A stretch of 64,000 nucleotides of DNA from Antedon mediterranea (Eukaryota > Animalia > Echinodermata): positions 154,201-218,200 of the forward strand of contig NC_092679.1 of NCBI RefSeq assembly GCF_964355755.1, read 5' to 3'. Position numbers and translations under genes: made by a program. Positions 12,082-24,354 of the stretch are shown here, one piece after another; within the stretch, counting starts at the first letter, position 1, and each line of letters opens with the position of its first letter. The notes beneath the pieces are model-generated. The model did no database searches. It saw only the letters and a program-made list of their open reading frames with translations, and was not told where the DNA came from.

Positions 12082-12730
12082 GGCACAATAATATAAAGCA
12101 GTTTAATCACAAACGAACATATTTACAATGGTATAGTCAGGGTTTATACTGACACAATACAATTCACTTCAACCTGAAAGCCAAAACTAAAGTAACACGG
12201 TAAAAACTAATACTGTACCTACTAAACCTAGTTCTGTATATTTAAAGCTGCAGACAGATAATAGTCAGAGTTCAGTAGAACATAAATACTCATAATCTAC
12301 CTAAGCGTGCAGATAGTATTGTTGATCTTGACTTTCCCATTTTTATTATTTTATCACTGACTCTTAGTGTAATTAATTAATGGTTTCATTTCCACAATAC
12401 TGCAGTTGTTTTTGTTACGTTTATTTTATACTGTAGTTGATCATCATATGCATTTTAATTTCTTTTTTGTTTTTACATTAAATATCTTTGTCTGTTCTAT
12501 ACAGTGATTTTTATTATTATTGGAAGGGTTCTTCTGGAATTTGTTATTTTATATACTGTATTTGTTTTAACCAAATCCTAACAAAATTTGGTGTCCAATG
12601 GAGTCTTCTTTAACCAAATCTTAACACAAATTGGTGTCCAATGGAGTCTCCTTTAACCAACATCGGAAGATATTTTAAACTTTTTACACTAATAAGGAAC
12701 AGTTGTGAGAGATCCATAACATAAAATCAT

Positions 12731-15700
12731 TTATGCATATGCTATTTCAGTATCGTTCTTGCTCCACTGGGAATTGTTGGCAGATTCTTCATCTGTAATC
12801 ATAATTAGTATTGTTATTCAATAGGAGAAAGTCTTTGTTAACAAATACTAAACTTATTAAAGTATTAAGCGCTATCTACACTATCAAACTTGATTTGACC
12901 AAAAAAAATGTGATGTGCCCATATATGGACATGATGATGTCATATCACTACCATATTTGGGCACAGCACACATTTTTGTCAAACTACTTTGATAGTGTAG
13001 AGAGAGCTTTAAAGACCAGTCATATTTGTATTTTACCTTTATTTATTATCAAATGTCTGATGTTCCGTGTTGCTATGTGTGCCTTTCTAAAGTAAATATA
13101 TGATATTGCAGCGATTGTTAGTGAAATACTTGTAAACAATCCAAGTACCATCTCCATCACTGAGTTACTTGTATCACCACTGTCAAGATATTCCACTCTC
13201 ACTGCAAATTTAGTCTCCAAAACACAGAAACTAAAAAGAAACTTACTTAAAAAAACCTCTTATTATCTTTTATTTACTGTCTAAAGCTTAGTCTACACAC
13301 ATATCACTACCATATTTGGGTACATCACACTTTTGTTGTCAAGCTAGTTTGATAGTGTAGAGAAAGCTTAACAATAGTTTGGTATCCATCTTACCTGTAA
13401 TGAACATCAACTACAAGAGCTGTGAACTGAAACATTGCATTTTGTTTATTTTGCCACTTAACAGATGATAATCCTGATTGATTCATTATAGGATATGGCT
13501 GAAATAAGTCAGCTGTGTTGTCACATGAGGAGCAGCTATCGTTCTAAAAGATAAAAAAAAAAAAAAAAAAAAAATATGCTAGTGATAAGCCCAAATATAG
13601 TAGTGATATGACATCATCGTGTCCATATATGGGCTTGTCACATAAAGTTTGATAGTGTAGACAGAGCTTAAGAGATCTTATTGATGCATTCGGTGCTTCT
13701 CCATTCCATTATTACATACCATTTGACTAGGATATTCAAAATTTGCAACGATTTCACTCATTGACAACCAGGTAAAACCATTACAGCATCTTGCCTGAAA
13801 TTAAATAATAATGTTTAAGCATTCCAGTCATCTCCCGCTAAAATGAAATTCCTCTTTATATTTTGGATAAAATTAAAATAATATTACATACTACATCATA
13901 CTATATTTTAAAGGACAAACCTGCTTAATAGTTGTATTATATGTGTATTCTGTTCTTTGGTTTTCCTCCCATATCATGAAGTTAGCTGAAACATCTCTAA
14001 CATATTTATCGCCATCATATCTAAACATTATAAACAACATTTTCAAATGTTCTTTATTATTAAATAACATCTTGATTAACAACAACTTTTGCTAACATAC
14101 TTACAGCTGGACTGTTGGTTGAAATAGTTGATTATGATTGCTTTGTATTGGACATCCATATGTTTCAAAATCATATTCTACAGTCTACAAGACAGATATA
14201 TTATTCTATTTTATCCTGTATGGTTAGAATTTGAATGTGCTATTAGTTGGTCAATAGTTAATGTATATATCAAATAATTCTCCCTTACCGTCTCTGTATG
14301 TGTTGCTGATCTGAAATAGATTAAAATTACCAAAGCCATATTTAGGAAACTTAGAATCGTAGTTAATAATAATGCATAACTCTTATGTTGTGCTTAATGC
14401 TCTAAGCGCTTCACATGTTACCACAGTCATTTTGAATTAAATGCGTATGATAACATATTTCCATGATCAGTGCAGTTGTGTTTTGACCTTACCAGGTGCC
14501 CATTTTGTACACCTGTGAGGAGATCAGAGCCAAATGTTGGTAGTATGAAAAGTGGTAAAATGCTCGCTTACTCTGGAATCACAAACTGTTGTGTATGGTC
14601 ACATGATCGGGGTTTAACAACTTTAATATGTCTACCCGGAGGACATCCAACTGATATCTTTGTTACCTGCGGTGAAATTACAGTAATGATATATAAATAA
14701 ATGTTTACATTAATATTGTGATATAGAGTATACACGGATACAACAATTATTGGCAGTAAGTGTGTACTCAAAGTTATTACTTACCATTCCTAAAGGTTGA
14801 AATGGTTCCGTTTTCTGTGATTTGGCTTCTAATACCATAATCCCCTGAGCATTAGATTTGTTATCAACACGAGTCAAATCTGTATTTGCAACTACCTTAA
14901 CAACCTAATTAAAACAATCATAAATTCCCTAAATTCTTACACACTGAAAACAATGCTTTCTCTAAAATATGATTTTAGTATTTATTTTATGATCTATATT
15001 TTAAGGCCTACCTTGGAAATCCCTTGGTTCCCTGGAAAAAATGTTATTTCATCTGTAACGGCCAACGATGCTAGATGAGAATTACTAACTCCTATCTGGA
15101 GCAAAAATATGTTAAGCATAATAAAGTCATAACACAAACTCAACACAAATATTTTGTTCATCCAACAATGCTAGATGAGAATTTACTTAATAATAAATAA
15201 TAATTGTCTTTTGTATACCGCTTAACCAAAATTAATTTTCTCTAAAGCACTAAGAACACAAGGTTTGAATTAGGTAGAAATTACACCATTTCATTTTCTA
15301 TACGAAAGAGATGGGTATTCAATATGTCAATAGAGTTGGCATTTTATCTAGAGCAACAAAAGTAAAGTGAAAGCATCCACATTTTAATACATTTTGAACT
15401 AATGGACATACTTGCCTGGATTTCATCTGCTTCTTGTACTGAATGAATTAAGTTCACTTTGAATTCAATTTCATCATTAAGGTCAAGATGTACAACCTCT
15501 GGATTGAACACTGATTCATATCTTACAAACTTGAATAAATTAAAATATATATATATTTTATATTTATTATTTCCAATTTCCATATACAATAAATAGAAAA
15601 ACAAAACAAATATAAAAGGCAAGGAAACCAAACAGGTATACATTCAAGACATCAATAATCATATATATAATAGTATACAAATATATTTATTTTTAAAAAA

Positions 15701-17588
15701 GCACTTACTGGGTACAGATTTGGGTATAAAACTAATTCTACCTCCGTCAACAATGGATAGGGTTGTCTTAAAATGTCACCATCACTAAAAAATATTGCCA
15801 AAACATAATGAAAAACTTAAGTTAAGTGAATACGTAAATGTTCCTAAAATACATTTGGTAATACTGCTTTAAATATTCTATATTATGAGTCCCCACCATA
15901 CCTTAGTAAGTTCACTAAAATATTAATTAAGAGTCAAATGGCCGAGAGGTTAAGGCAGGGGGGAAACGTTTATTGTACCTAAAGAGCCAACAACATCAGC
16001 AAGGGTTCGAGGTCGACTCGCTCCTAATTCTGGTGGTGGAAAAAGTCTTCTCGGATAAGGACTATAAAACGTAGGTCCAGTGTACACAGTTATAACCTGT
16101 GTGCACTTAAAGAACCCAGTTCATTATTCAAGAAGAGTAGAGGGTTACCCTGGTAAACTGGTTCACAAAATAGCCCATTTATCATGAGGATTACCACCTA
16201 TCTGATAGGACAGTGATTAATTTACTATTTGTAACCTTGCCCACATTGCCACAGACATAAAATAAAAAATTCGGAATAAAGAAGATGTATTCTTACCATA
16301 CTGTAATAATATAAAATCGACTAAGAACATCAAAATATAGGCTTGTTGATATATCTTGTGAATGATAAGGATTCAACTATTTGAAACGAATAACAACCAA
16401 TTAAGTATATAAACAGTGAAAGAAACTAATAGTTAATAATTGATCTAAAAAAATAGATTTTTTTAAACACCTGCCTGAATAAATTTGTGTGAATATAATT
16501 TAGTGTAGTACAGTTGGTTGTTATCGCTCAACAAAACAATATCATTATGTCTACTGACTAAAACTTGTTGAATGGATCCATTATGAAGGTTTAGGTCCAT
16601 CATACCATTTGATTTACCTGTAAAGTAGTAAATTGTTTAAATTTTGACCTTGATGTAATATAATATTATTTCTGATGACCTAGTAACAATAATATAGACA
16701 TTATTTCTTACCCATATCAAAGCTGTAGTAAACATGCATTGTATCCCAAAAGATTACATTTATGCCGCTTGATGAAAATATTTCCAGCTCAACATTTCCT
16801 TAAATAAATGACATTAATAGTCATGTTTATACTAACATAAAATAAGAAACATACCTGGTACATTGCATAAAATTGTCGTGAATCATAATAAATAAACATA
16901 AATATACTACTACATATACTAGGCCTACTTCGCATATACCTGTAAATATACCATGGATAGATACAGCAAAGTATGTCCATGATTTTTGCTTCAAATTATA
17001 AACCACAAATACTGATGATTTAATGTCATTCTTTAATGTTAATAGCATCAATAACTGCTTCTGACCAAATGCGAACTTTGAATTTTCAATAGTCATCTAA
17101 AAGCAAGAAAATATATTGAATTAATTCCTTATTATTGAATTTTTAAATATATTAATAATATATAGTTATGTTACTGCTTACCCTATAGTTGTAATCAAAT
17201 CCTAGATCAGTGGCGAGAGGCAGTCTAAGTTGTTCAAATTGCAGATTCTCCATTATTCTTACAAAGATTGATTCATTTGTCCAAGCTGCAACTATGTCTT
17301 CTTCCTGTAAATAATATAATTTTAGTGGACAAATTGTTCAATTAATTCAAACACCATGAATTTAAATTTAAACCAATTTTGAATGTGAACTATTAGCTAA
17401 TAAATGTGAAAGAAATGTATGTGAAAGAAAAATGTATACAGCTTACTGGATATAAAGGAGAGTTTAAGCAATTTTGTTGCACTGCAATTCCAAGGATCTT
17501 TCCCAAATTGTAAACTTGAAAATAAATAAATCATTATTTAGTCATGAGAAAAACACAAATATATGAAGTAAGAAGAAAAAATAACAAC

Positions 17589-17625
<37 letters not shown>

Positions 17626-20600
17626 GACAGGATGTTTTTTGTTGTTGTTCTTTCAATATTTATTTAGAAACAGTTCAAGAAATAAAAGAATCATATATTT
17701 ACAATAACTTAAATGGTAACAATAAATGAACTGTTTCAGGAAAAAGAAGTAAAAGCACTTGTCTAGTACCTTGAGTTTCAACTATGTTATAAATGTTCAA
17801 GATTACACCATCATTCATCAATAACCAAAGAGAATTTGAAGAAAATGCAACGCTTCTCACAACGTATGCATCCTATAAATATAATGTGTATATGTTACTG
17901 TTAAAATATTTTACCCCAAAAAATACACGTCGAAGAATCATCAAACATTCTACACAGTCACTCAAACCAGTTACTTAGATCATGGTGGTATAAAATTAGG
18001 TTTACACCTCCATGAGGACCCCTTCTGAAACAAGCTTCCTAGCTTAAAGGGTTATCCTCTGCTTTACCATAACAGTTATAATTATTTAGTTTCTGTATGA
18101 TTTTGTTAATTTCCAATCATAATGTATTGTATTATGGATATTATGAATAGCAATGAATATTACAAACATGCTTAAACATACAGTACTTACCAAAGGTAAA
18201 TTTACTGTGATGTTCTGTATGGTTAAGAATCCAGTATTTGTCAAGAAAACATCTCCACTACAAAATATACAATAAGCAACCATATATGGTAAAGATAGTA
18301 GCAAACATGCAACTTTAATTGTGTTCCTCGAAAAATTTCATCTGGTTTCTAATTAATATTGCATAAAAAAAAAATTATTTTGTTGTTGCTCTAAAATATA
18401 TAACTACAGTTAATGACTTACTCTGTCATTATTACTGCCAGATGTGGCGAGCAAATACTAGCAATTAGTTTTGGTGCCGTGGATGAGTTTGATACTAGAT
18501 TTTCTGGTCCATCGACTGAAACGCTCCCAAATTCTGGTTGAATAATTAGTACCCACTTGGTGTCTCTTTAAACAAAATGTATATATCTATAGATCAGATA
18601 CATCCATGTTTCTGTTTATAAATCAGGCAAATTACTGAAAAAATGACAATGCTGTGGGTATCAGTGGCTGGATCTCAATGGACATACAAATAAAATAAGC
18701 ACTGAAAAAATGACAATGCTGTGGGTATCAGTGATTGGATCTCAATGGACATACAAATAAAATAAGCACTGAAAAAATGACAATGCTGTGGGTATCAGTG
18801 ATTGGATGTCAATGGACATACAAATAAAATAAGCACTGAAAAAATGACAATGCTGTGGGTATCAGTGATTGGATGTCAATGGACATACAAATAAAATAAG
18901 CACTGAAAAAATGACAATGCTGTGGGTATCAGTGATTGGATCTCAATGGACATACAAATAAAATAAGCACTGAAAAAATGACAATGCTGTGGGTATCAGT
19001 GGCCGGATCTCAATGGACATACAAATAAAATAAGCACTGAAAAAATGACAATGCTGTGGGTATCAGTGGCCGGATCTCAATGGACATACAAAATGACAAT
19101 GCTGTGGGTATCAGTGGCCGGATCTCAATGGACATACAAAATGACAATGCTGTGGGTATCAGTGGCCGGATCTCAATGGACATACAAATAAAGAAAGCAA
19201 AAAACTAAATCATAACTATAAAGTAAAATAGCCAGAAAGAAATTGTCCCTTCCTCAGTGCAAGTGAGCATGTTTCTCTTTATGATTACAAACCTGATAAA
19301 GCAGCTGTCTTGTGAAATATGTGAATATCCTACTATGGTTACATACGTCCAATATGCAATCGGTAGTTCCAAGGGTATTTCCCAGCAACTATATAACAAT
19401 ATTTTTAAATAATTAACACATTTTTAATGTGAATTTTTTAGAATATAAAAAGTGGAAAAAGGCAAACTTGAGTCTTTTCGGAAAAGAACTTTACCATTTA
19501 TTATCAACCTACCTACAATTCTGATTGAAATTTAGTGTAGTAAAAACTTTAACATTTCCTCTTGTTTTTTCGTGAAAAATTTGCAGTTGTGGTTCTTGTC
19601 GCTTCAAGTGAAAAAGCTCAGATAGTATTCTTGAACCCTAAAAAGTTAAATATTTGAACATTCCAAATTTCTCATTTGCTCTAGGAGTTATTTATTTTTA
19701 AACAAAAATTGTGACACACTTATGTAGCCATGGATTATTGATTAATCCATGATGTAACTCATATCACCCAAAAATGCCTGAAAACATGCAAAACCATGAA
19801 TAAAAAATGTTTACAAACCTGGGATGGTTCTTTAGCAAAGCCTTTTAATTCTTCAGTATCAACATTGTTTTTAGTATTTATTATCCAAACATTTATGGTC
19901 ACAACTTCATTTGTAGAACTAATAAGAATTGATAGGGTTTCAAATTATATGAAAATAAATGGCAAAGGTTAAGCTCATAATTATAATGCTGAGCTACACT
20001 ACTGTATGTTTCTTTTTTATTCAATAAAGTTGAGAAGCATACCTGTTCCTTTTAGGTGACACGTACCATTGGTAACAGAATGGGTCATCTTCAACTTTTA
20101 ATACTTTGGTACAATTGTTGTAACTGTCTTGGTTCTATAAATAATATCTCAATATCTAACTACAATAGAGGAATTATAAGGAATATTTATGATGTGGCCT
20201 ACTGTGCTGTACTGTAGTTCCAATGTGAAACTCCAGACAATACTAACTAAATTATCAATTGATAAAACTACCAATGAGTTTTTGGTAGTTTTTTCAAAAA
20301 ATATTTTGTCTTACCTGTTCTATCTCAATAACTGTTATTGAATAAAACCCTGGTTTTGTGCAATAGATAGAAGTCTGTTTGGCACTAAAAGAGATTATAA
20401 AAAATAAGAGTGTAACACTATGTTTCTGTCTACCACATATTGTGTATGGGAACTTCTGAAAATGACAACCATGAGGTGATATTGATTCTACATTTTGTCC
20501 TTTATTAGAATATTTTCAAAGATAAATCTGTGATCAAACAAAATATAACAGAACAACAAAAAGATTAAAGATTGACCAATTAGATAAGCAAGGTACCTTT

Positions 20601-21747
20601 GTTTGTTATAATACAATATTATCATATTGATGAACTACCACATCTATTTAAGATAACATTAATTTTAACCTGAAATCTTCAACTTGACAGTTCTGTGGTA
20701 TGATCCATTTAATTTCATCAGCAGTTCCCAAGTACTCCACCATAAACTAAACATTTAACCAAATCAGATTAACTAATTAATAATATTAGAGATGTATTTA
20801 CCTAAAAAACTGTAATTTAAATCAAAACATAGTAAAATTGGCTGCAAGCCAATGGATTTTTGGTTAACTTTAACCATTTATTTTGTCATTTTATAAGGGA
20901 AAACATTATTTTTTCAGGGTTTTTTTCACGGAAGTGAGTTAAACTACAAAATAATGTATTACAAGTCTGATTTGATTAATCTTTATTTTTCATGTTTTTT
21001 TTTGGTGAGTGGGTTACCTTTAAAAATAAAAATTTATAAAACAGACTGTAAATAGGCCATTTTGCAGTTTTAATGTAGTTATTCACTTCCATTGGAAAAA
21101 TAAACAAATATAATGATTTAACTTCTAAAAAGTCAAAATAAACAGTTTAAATTGAACTAAAACCCATTGTCTGACAAAAAAAAATTGACTATTTTTGCTT
21201 TAAATTACAGTTTTTTCATGTAAATATTTTTTTTACAGATTAAATTGTTCAAGGTAAATAACTATCATGTGACATTAAAATGGCATATTCAAACAACAAA
21301 AATTAAAACAATTTTGTTTTTGAGGGGGGACAATACATCTTTAAATTGTCTAATTAGACCTAATAAATATTTAAATTGTGTATAGGCCTACATCAAGAAA
21401 AAGAGTACCTTGTTCGATGTTGATAGAGTGACCAAATCAAGATATTCATTTGGAGTTACTCTACAAAATAGAAGAAAACATTAGTAGTATACAACAAATT
21501 TGATCTAAAATTATATTGTTGTTTGATCACGAAAGGTGAGTAAATAATTACAAAAACATGGTAGAGATTTTTATTTAATTGTTGTTTTTTGTTAGAGGGC
21601 CTAGGCCTAACTAACATTAAGGACTTTTTTTAGATTAGGCCAGGTAATTCAATGAATTTAAAAATCATACCTCCATAGACATGACAGAAGAGCAGGAGTT
21701 TCAGCTATGCATGAATACAAAAGGCTAAAAACTAGTAACAAAATCAT
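12731..21747 (-). CDS. CATSPERE: Cation channel sperm-associated auxiliary subunit epsilon, ~29 coding exons, type I membrane protein
   Basis: Minus-strand exons join into a signal peptide MILLLVFSLLYSCIAE..., then FMVEYLGT..KWIIPQNC, IYCTKPG, FCYQWY, EELKGFAKEPS, AAWTNESIF, DIVLLSDNNQLYYTK, PYPLLTEV, KISVGCPP, YDFETYGCP..FQPTVQLYDGDKYVRDVSANFMIWE, DLFQPYPIMN, VVDVHYSFCVLETKFAV and a C-terminal TM. These are colinear with recalled human CATSPERE motifs (IKLEYEGT..WSVPETC, YGCP..FQPVVQLFDDNGYVKDVEANFIVWE, DLNQPYEIIN, LDPNYSFCNLTAMFAI). The last exon 12731-12792 is inferred; the alternative stop is at 13020. Confidence 0.9.
12868..13008. mobile_element. PIF/Harbinger (Tourist-like) MITE family A, copy 1
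   Basis: TIR agc.ctrtctacactatcaaact ... tttgatagtgtagasagagct with TAA/TTA flanks; six copies occur in the window. Confidence 0.8.
13285..13368. mobile_element. MITE family A, copy 2 (internally deleted)
   Basis: agcttagtctacac...atatcactaccatatttggg...agtttgatagtgtagagaaagct. Confidence 0.75.
13575..13668. mobile_element. MITE family A, copy 3 (partial, opposite orientation)
   Basis: cccaaatatagtagtgatatgacatcat...cataaagtttgatagtgtagacagagct. Confidence 0.7.
15930..16265 (+). mobile_element. tRNA-derived Deu/Nin-domain SINE, antisense in a CATSPERE intron
   Basis: A-box TGGCCGAGAGG and B-box GGTTCGA, then tcggataaggactataaaacgtaggtcc...gcacttaaagaaccca...ttcaagaagagtagagggttaccctggt, which resembles the Deu/Nin domain of AmnSINE-type SINEs. 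Confidence 0.75.
17581..17624. repeat. (AAC/AAT)n microsatellite
   Basis: Visible trinucleotide run. Confidence 0.95.
18634..19190. repeat. 67-bp minisatellite x~7 plus two shortened units in a CATSPERE intron
   Basis: Unit actgaaaaaatgacaatgctgtgggtatcagtgattggatctcaatggacatacaaataaaataagc. Confidence 0.96.
20787..21344. mobile_element. Kolobok-like non-autonomous element with long subterminal inverted repeats
   Basis: Left ttagagatgtatt and right aatacatctttaa. Internal aaaaaactgtaatttaaatcaaaacatagt is inverted to actatttttgctttaaattacagtttttt. Confidence 0.5.
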
Positions 21748-22269
21748 CTTCTCGGTTGTTGAACCTGGTGATTAAAAAACATTAAAAATACCTAAGCCTA
21801 GATTAGTAGGCCTAGGCCACCCGCTAGGCCTACCCTACTTCTAGACTAGGCCTATGCTAGGTTAGTTTCTAAAGTTTCTTTGTATGTTTAAGCTAGGCCG
21901 AGAAGAAAGACATCCAGTAGGCCTAGGCCTAGTTAGATACTTGATCTAGGGCTTGCTAGTTCCTACACAAGTACTAGGACTACTATCCGAGGCTAGCTAA
22001 TAATATTGTAGGCCGTAGATAGTTAGGCCCTAGGCCTAGTACTAACTAGCCTAGGCCTAGGTAGGCCTAGCCTAGGCATCATGAATTCTTTTATTATACG
22101 ATTAATTACAGAAATTAAGATAGAAGCCTCTAAGTCTAAAAACTAGCCTAGAAAGGATTATTACTACTGCTACTACTGTATACTAGGCCTTTGCCTAGAT
22201 AAGCCAGGACCAGCCGTCTAATAATAACTATACTATCTAGGCCTAGGCCTATGCCTAATAACTGCACTA

Positions 22270-22450
22270 GCTAGGCTGCCTCTTGCTGCTGCTCAGAGCT
22301 ACGACGTAGGTACGGTTCAGTAGGATAGCTGCTGTGTGCTGATTGGTGGAAAGTTTGATAAATTAGAAACATCATTATAATAAATATCACGTCACCAAAC
22401 ATTTCACCTTTATAAAAAACCAGGCTGGTTGAACTACCGTTGGCCCACTT
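22270..22450 (-). promoter_or_regulatory. Putative CATSPERE promoter/TSS
   Basis: CCAAT box on the minus strand (attgg 22342-22346), CRE-like tcacgtca (22387-22394) and a GC/CpG-rich patch upstream of the first coding exon. Confidence 0.45.
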
Positions 22451-22789
22451 TCCAAGCTTGATTAATTTTAAATCGCTAGGGAACATGAGAAGGTTACAAT
22501 TTAAACAAAAAATGTGTCTAATAATTTGTCAACAAACGTTTTTTATAAAAATGAAAACATAACAAGAAAAAAAAGTTAGGAAGCAACTGTTAGTAAGAAG
22601 GTAGGAATTCCGGCCATGGGATTTGGTTAGTATCGTTTATGTTTTATTATTATTGATCATTTCATGCATGATGACAAAAGATGAGTGACATTGGGTTGTA
22701 AACAGAAAAGACAAGCAAAAAAAAAGATTTTAAAATTAATAGTGGTGCGCTATAGTACTTTTTTTAATGTGTACCACTGGTGAAGCATT

Positions 22790-23123
22790 TTTCACAGACC
22801 AATGACTCTAGTATAGCCTATAAACTTTGTCGTCAAAGCAAACTCTGACTGATCAGAGCGTGGCTTCTCTAACAACGGCAAACCGAAAGGTGAGGGAGAC
22901 AGATAACAGATTGATTACTTTGCGAAAGCGTGCAATTGGCTGGGGCGGGATTAAATTAATTTCTCGCATATAAAGACAAAATTAATGGTTAAATTCAACT
23001 TTTCAATTTGTTTTTATCCAATTTCTGGTCAAAGTGAATAACTTATGTGGCATTAAAATGGCATAAAAAAAATGTAAGTTTAATTTTTCAGGAGGACACT
23101 CTTTGACTTCTTGACTCGATCAG
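22790..23123 (+). promoter_or_regulatory. Additional promoter-like patch, possibly an alternative first exon
   Basis: CCAAT (~22799), attggctggggcggg (CCAAT plus GC box, ~22935-22949) and a donor-like cag|gtaggt at 23123. Confidence 0.3.
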
Positions 23124-24124
23124 GTAGGTGACATAAGATCACTCTCCATTTGAAGAAGCAAATCGTTGGGAATTTTACAAAATCCATTTTGTTTGTTATT
23201 GAAATTAAACTCTTCCTTTTATAATACACTGCGCTAGTTCCACGTCACATTTACTATGACTCATACATCATCGATTAAAGCTGGATGACGCAATACGACA
23301 ATAAACCAGCTTGATATGGTGGTGGATCTAATTATTATCTGATAATTGATATTATTTTCAAGTAATTTTAATTCAGGTAGGCCAAATAAGAAACATCGGG
23401 TAAGCTCTACATCTTGTTTCATATTGATAGACAGGGCTTGCATTTATTCTTGTCTTAACACGGGTCATAAACACAATATTCGACATTTTAACGCTACGTC
23501 TGTAACTTAGTTATAAATAAGTACAGTACAGTGTACTTAGCGGTAGTTAGTCCCAATCGACAATGATTCCAAACCTCTATAATTTTGCCGCTCGCTGCCA
23601 ATTCAAAGACCTTCAATCTGCCACGTGAAAAATACGCGTGGGCCAAAAGTTGAGCCTCACCCAAATTTAGTCTTTTAGGAATGTTGGCTTTCAACGAATG
23701 GTTTAGTTTATTAAACAAGAAGGTGTTTCGTAATAAATTCTGGCTCTAAATATTTATTGTGATTATTTTACGACTGCCTGACTGAAGGTGTGTTCACCGT
23801 TGAACTGGATAACATTAAAAGCAGATATAGGCCTAGGCCTAATATTGTTCAATCAACATTATACTGTTATAATAATGATTCAAGTACATTACATTGGAAT
23901 TTTTTTATGACAGTAAGGCCTCATGATTTGAAATTGTGATTTTAGGGAATGGTTCTAAAAATACACCAATCACATGCAAGGTTTCTGGTAGCTGTAAAGA
24001 AATCAGATGTACAAAAATTGTTTTAATAATTTTAATTATTTACAAAGTAAATTCACGTCTGTTTTCAGGATACCATTCTGGATTTTTTAATCTCCTCCTT
24101 TTAGAAAATGGTTTGGTCCTAAAT

Positions 24125-24354
24125 GTAAACACGTGGCCGGCGATGACGTAAATCGACATCCATAAAAGGAGTTAGAATAATTCTACACAGCGCCCTCTCT
24201 TGACACCCTGTCTTTTTTTTTTCGATCCGATCCGAGCTCTCGTTAAATTACTTCCGGTTACGGTAGAAAAGAAGATGTTAGTGGGAAAATAATATGTTAA
24301 AACTCGGAATACTACTATTTGTTATAATCACTTGATAATATAATATTAATATTG
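24125..24354 (+). promoter_or_regulatory. Promoter and non-coding exon 1 of the KASH gene
   Basis: E-box cacgtg 24130, CRE/ATF tgacgtaa 24144, gcgccctct ~24191, ETS acttccgg 24250 and donor ttg|gtaaga at 24354, followed by a CTAG island. Confidence 0.5.

Noticed and set aside
16827-16939. Hydrophobic extension of ORF 16827-17096 as an extra TM segment in CATSPERE
   Set aside because: It lies beyond the phase-1 donor at ~16940 needed to join the next exon, so it is intronic read-through.
17544-17729. Poly-Asn ORF
   Set aside because: An (AAT)n microsatellite within a CATSPERE intron, read on the opposite strand.
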